Source: Candidatus Sysuimicrobiota bacterium (GTDB lineage Bacteria; Sysuimicrobiota; Sysuimicrobiia; Sysuimicrobiales; Sysuimicrobiaceae). From it: a stretch of DNA of 64,000 nt. The stretch spans positions 32,001 through 96,000 of the forward strand of contig PSLI01000001.1 in assembly GCA_040289515.1 (NCBI GenBank). Reading direction: 5' to 3'. The notes below the pieces were generated by a model that was not told the DNA's origin, did no database searches, and worked only from the letters and a program-made list of their open reading frames with translations. Made by a program: the position numbers and the translations under genes. Every line of letters starts with the position of its first letter. Position 1 is the first letter of the stretch. Below are positions 62,055 to 64,000 of the stretch, piece after piece.

Positions 62055-62840
62055 GTGGAGCCTGTCCGATCCTCCGCGCCCGCACGGAGGGGTCTGCGTC
62101 TGCGGGCGCAGGACCTGACGGTGGTAGGAGCTCTGGGTGCTGTAAGCGCGGTGCTGGGCACAGTACCCGGGCTTGGCTTCGTCCCCGCCCCCACGCCCGC
62201 GGGGGCTGCCACCACCCTGCATATTCCCGCTATCCTGGCTGGCCTGACACGGGGTCCCGTGGCGGGAGCCCTGGTGGGGTTGGTTTTCGGGTTCTTCAGC
62301 TTCACCCGCGCCACGCTCCCCTTCTTCAAAGACCCGCTTATCGCGTTTGTCCCGAGGGTGCTCATCGGCGTGCTCACCGCGTACGCCTTCGCCCTCCTGG
62401 GCCGCACGGCCTCTCGCGCGGTGGCGGCTTTGGCCTGTGGGGCGGCGGTGTTCGTGGCCCTGGGGCCCGGGGCCGCAGCCTTCGAGGCCGCTTTCGCGGC
62501 GGGCCGGGTGCCCTCCAGCTGGCTGGTGGACCTGTATCACGCGGTGGCCGCGCAGACATCCCGCACCCCATGGGTGGGTTTTGCCGCGGGCCTTGCGGGT
62601 GCCCTGCTGGCGTATGCGGCCCTGCGGCCAGAGGACGCGCCGGTGGGGGCCGCGGCGGTGGTGGGCACCCTCACCAACACCGTGGGAGTGCTCATCCTGA
62701 TCGTGCTGCGGTTCCCCGAGATGATGCCGCCCGGTGCTGCATTCCTGGTGGGCGCCACCCACGGCCTGCCGGAGGCGGTGCTGGCCGTGGTGGTGACCGT
62801 GCCTACCTACCGGGCCCTGCGGGCCGCAAGGCTGGTGTGA
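62055..62840 (+). CDS. ECF transporter S component, PanT-like
   Basis: LGFVP, TTLHIPAI, GLVFGFFSF, PRVLIG, GTLTNTVGVL and HGLPEA; adjacent to coaX. Confidence 0.85.
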   Translation: MEPVRSSAPARRGLRLRAQDLTVVGALGAVSAVLGTVPGLGFVPAPTPAGAATTLHIPAILAGLTRGPVAGALVGLVFGFFSFTRATLPFFKDPLIAFVPRVLIGVLTAYAFALLGRTASRAVAALACGAAVFVALGPGAAAFEAAFAAGRVPSSWLVDLYHAVAAQTSRTPWVGFAAGLAGALLAYAALRPEDAPVGAAAVVGTLTNTVGVLILIVLRFPEMMPPGAAFLVGATHGLPEAVLAVVVTVPTYRALRAARLV

Positions 62841-62849
62841 GGAGGCGCC

Positions 62850-63641
62850 GTGTTGCTGGCGGTGAACGTGAACAACACGCAGATCAAGCTGGCGGTGTAC
62901 CCGGATCCCGAGCGGGACCCGCAGCCCCGGGTAGACTGGCGGGTGTCTACAGACTGGCAGAAGACGGAGGACGAGTACGGCGTCCTGTTCGCCCACCTGT
63001 TCCAGCACGCGGGGCTGAGCCTCCGGGACGTCACGGACGTGGCGGTATCGTGCGTGGTGCCACCCCTGTTGGACACCGTGGAGCGGCTGTGCGAGCGGTA
63101 CTTCGGCACGCGCCCGTTGGTGGTGGGGCCGGGGATCCGTACCGGGATGCGGATCCTGTACGAGAACCCCCGGGAGGTGGGCGCAGACCGCATCTGCAAC
63201 GCGGTGGCCGCCTTCGCCCGGTACGGCGGCCCCAGCGTGGTGTGCGACTTCGGGACCGCCACCACCTTCACCGCGGTGTCCCGGGAGGGCGACTTCCTGG
63301 GGGGAGCCATCGCCCCGGGCATCGGCATCTCCCTGGACGCCCTGGCGGAGCACACCGCACAACTCCCCCGCATCGACCTGGAGAAGCCCCGCAGCGCCAT
63401 CGGCCGGTCCACGGTGGCGGCCATGCAGGCAGGAGTGTACTACGGGTTCATCGGGCAGGTGGAGGAGATCGTGCGCCGGATTCAGCGGGAGCTGGGCGAG
63501 CCCGCCACGGTGATCGCCACGGGCGGCTGGGCGCGCCTGCTGGCCGAGGAGCTGACCTGCATCCACCACCACGACCCCCTGCTGACCCTGGAGGGACTAC
63601 GCATCCTGTTCCTGCGGAACCGCAGGGTGGAGGCGCGGTAG
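62850..63641 (+). CDS. coaX: Type III pantothenate kinase
   Basis: MLLAVNVNNT, SCVVP, YENPREVGADR, DFGTATT, GGAIAPG, ATGG and LTLEGL. Confidence 0.95.
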   Translation: MLLAVNVNNTQIKLAVYPDPERDPQPRVDWRVSTDWQKTEDEYGVLFAHLFQHAGLSLRDVTDVAVSCVVPPLLDTVERLCERYFGTRPLVVGPGIRTGMRILYENPREVGADRICNAVAAFARYGGPSVVCDFGTATTFTAVSREGDFLGGAIAPGIGISLDALAEHTAQLPRIDLEKPRSAIGRSTVAAMQAGVYYGFIGQVEEIVRRIQRELGEPATVIATGGWARLLAEELTCIHHHDPLLTLEGLRILFLRNRRVEAR

Positions 63642-63664
63642 GGCCCGCGTGGTACATTGGCCTC

Positions 63665-64000
63665 GTGAAGCGGGTGGTGAGCGTGAGCCTGGGCTCCTCC
63701 CAGCGTGACAGCCGCCTGGAGCTGGAGCTGCTGGGCGAGCGGGTGGTGGTGGAGCGGGTCGGCACGGACGGTGACCTGCGGCGGTGCGCGCGGCTGCTGG
63801 AGTCCCTGGACGGGACCGTGGACGCCATCGGCCTGGGCGGCATGGACCTGTTCCTGCAGGCGGGGCACCGGCGCTACTACCTGCGGGACGCGGTGCGGCT
63901 GGCGCGCCGGGTCCGGCGCACGCCGGTAGTGGACGGCAGCGGTCTCAAGCAGGCGTGGGAGCCCTTCGTGGTGCTGCACTACCTGCCGGAGGTGGTGGGC
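63665..64000 (+). CDS. Conserved hypothetical protein, family often mislabelled quinate 5-dehydrogenase (3'-truncated)
   Basis: KRVVSVSLGSSQRD...RVGTDGD...LDGTVDAIGLGG...TPVVDGSGLK; open to window end; not in the supplied ORF track. Confidence 0.75.
   Translation, partial: MKRVVSVSLGSSQRDSRLELELLGERVVVERVGTDGDLRRCARLLESLDGTVDAIGLGGMDLFLQAGHRRYYLRDAVRLARRVRRTPVVDGSGLKQAWEPFVVLHYLPEVVG

Overview
Dense, very GC-rich bacterial chromosome segment with about 65 genes, mostly housekeeping. The combination of a T-box, an SLH-domain protein, a DtxR regulator, sigma54-type promoters and an L27 without an N-terminal extension suggests a probably thermophilic Terrabacteria lineage such as Armatimonadota or a relative (inference only). 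In order it holds: a TRAP transporter; tRNA-Tyr and tRNA-Gly; folD-folC-class I lysS; an EF-G paralogue; rplU-rpmA-obgE-nadD-rsfS; a Pro T-box leading proC-pheA-thrC-hom-lysC; an NCS2 permease with a DUF62/halogenase-family enzyme; an S41 peptidase; trpB2; a DtxR regulator with its operator and an Fe(III) ABC transporter; a type IV pilus motor locus; a Liv-type ABC transporter and acyl-CoA ligase; rpoZ; ald; a GT-C glycosylation cluster with an MNT-HEPN pair; tRNA-Met; tilS-ftsH; a 344-bp IS1634-derived miniature element; pncA, ASCH and kptA; a folate operon; and a pantothenate salvage module. The best candidate for an undescribed system is the pilus locus. A full-length but divergent DnaB-like helicase is the first gene of a dnaB-like-pilT-pilC operon, divergent from a TPR- and MshEN-bearing pilB, and the intergenic region holds back-to-back sigma54-like promoters. 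No CRISPR array, rRNA or prophage was seen. All calls come from reading motifs by eye; no searches were run.
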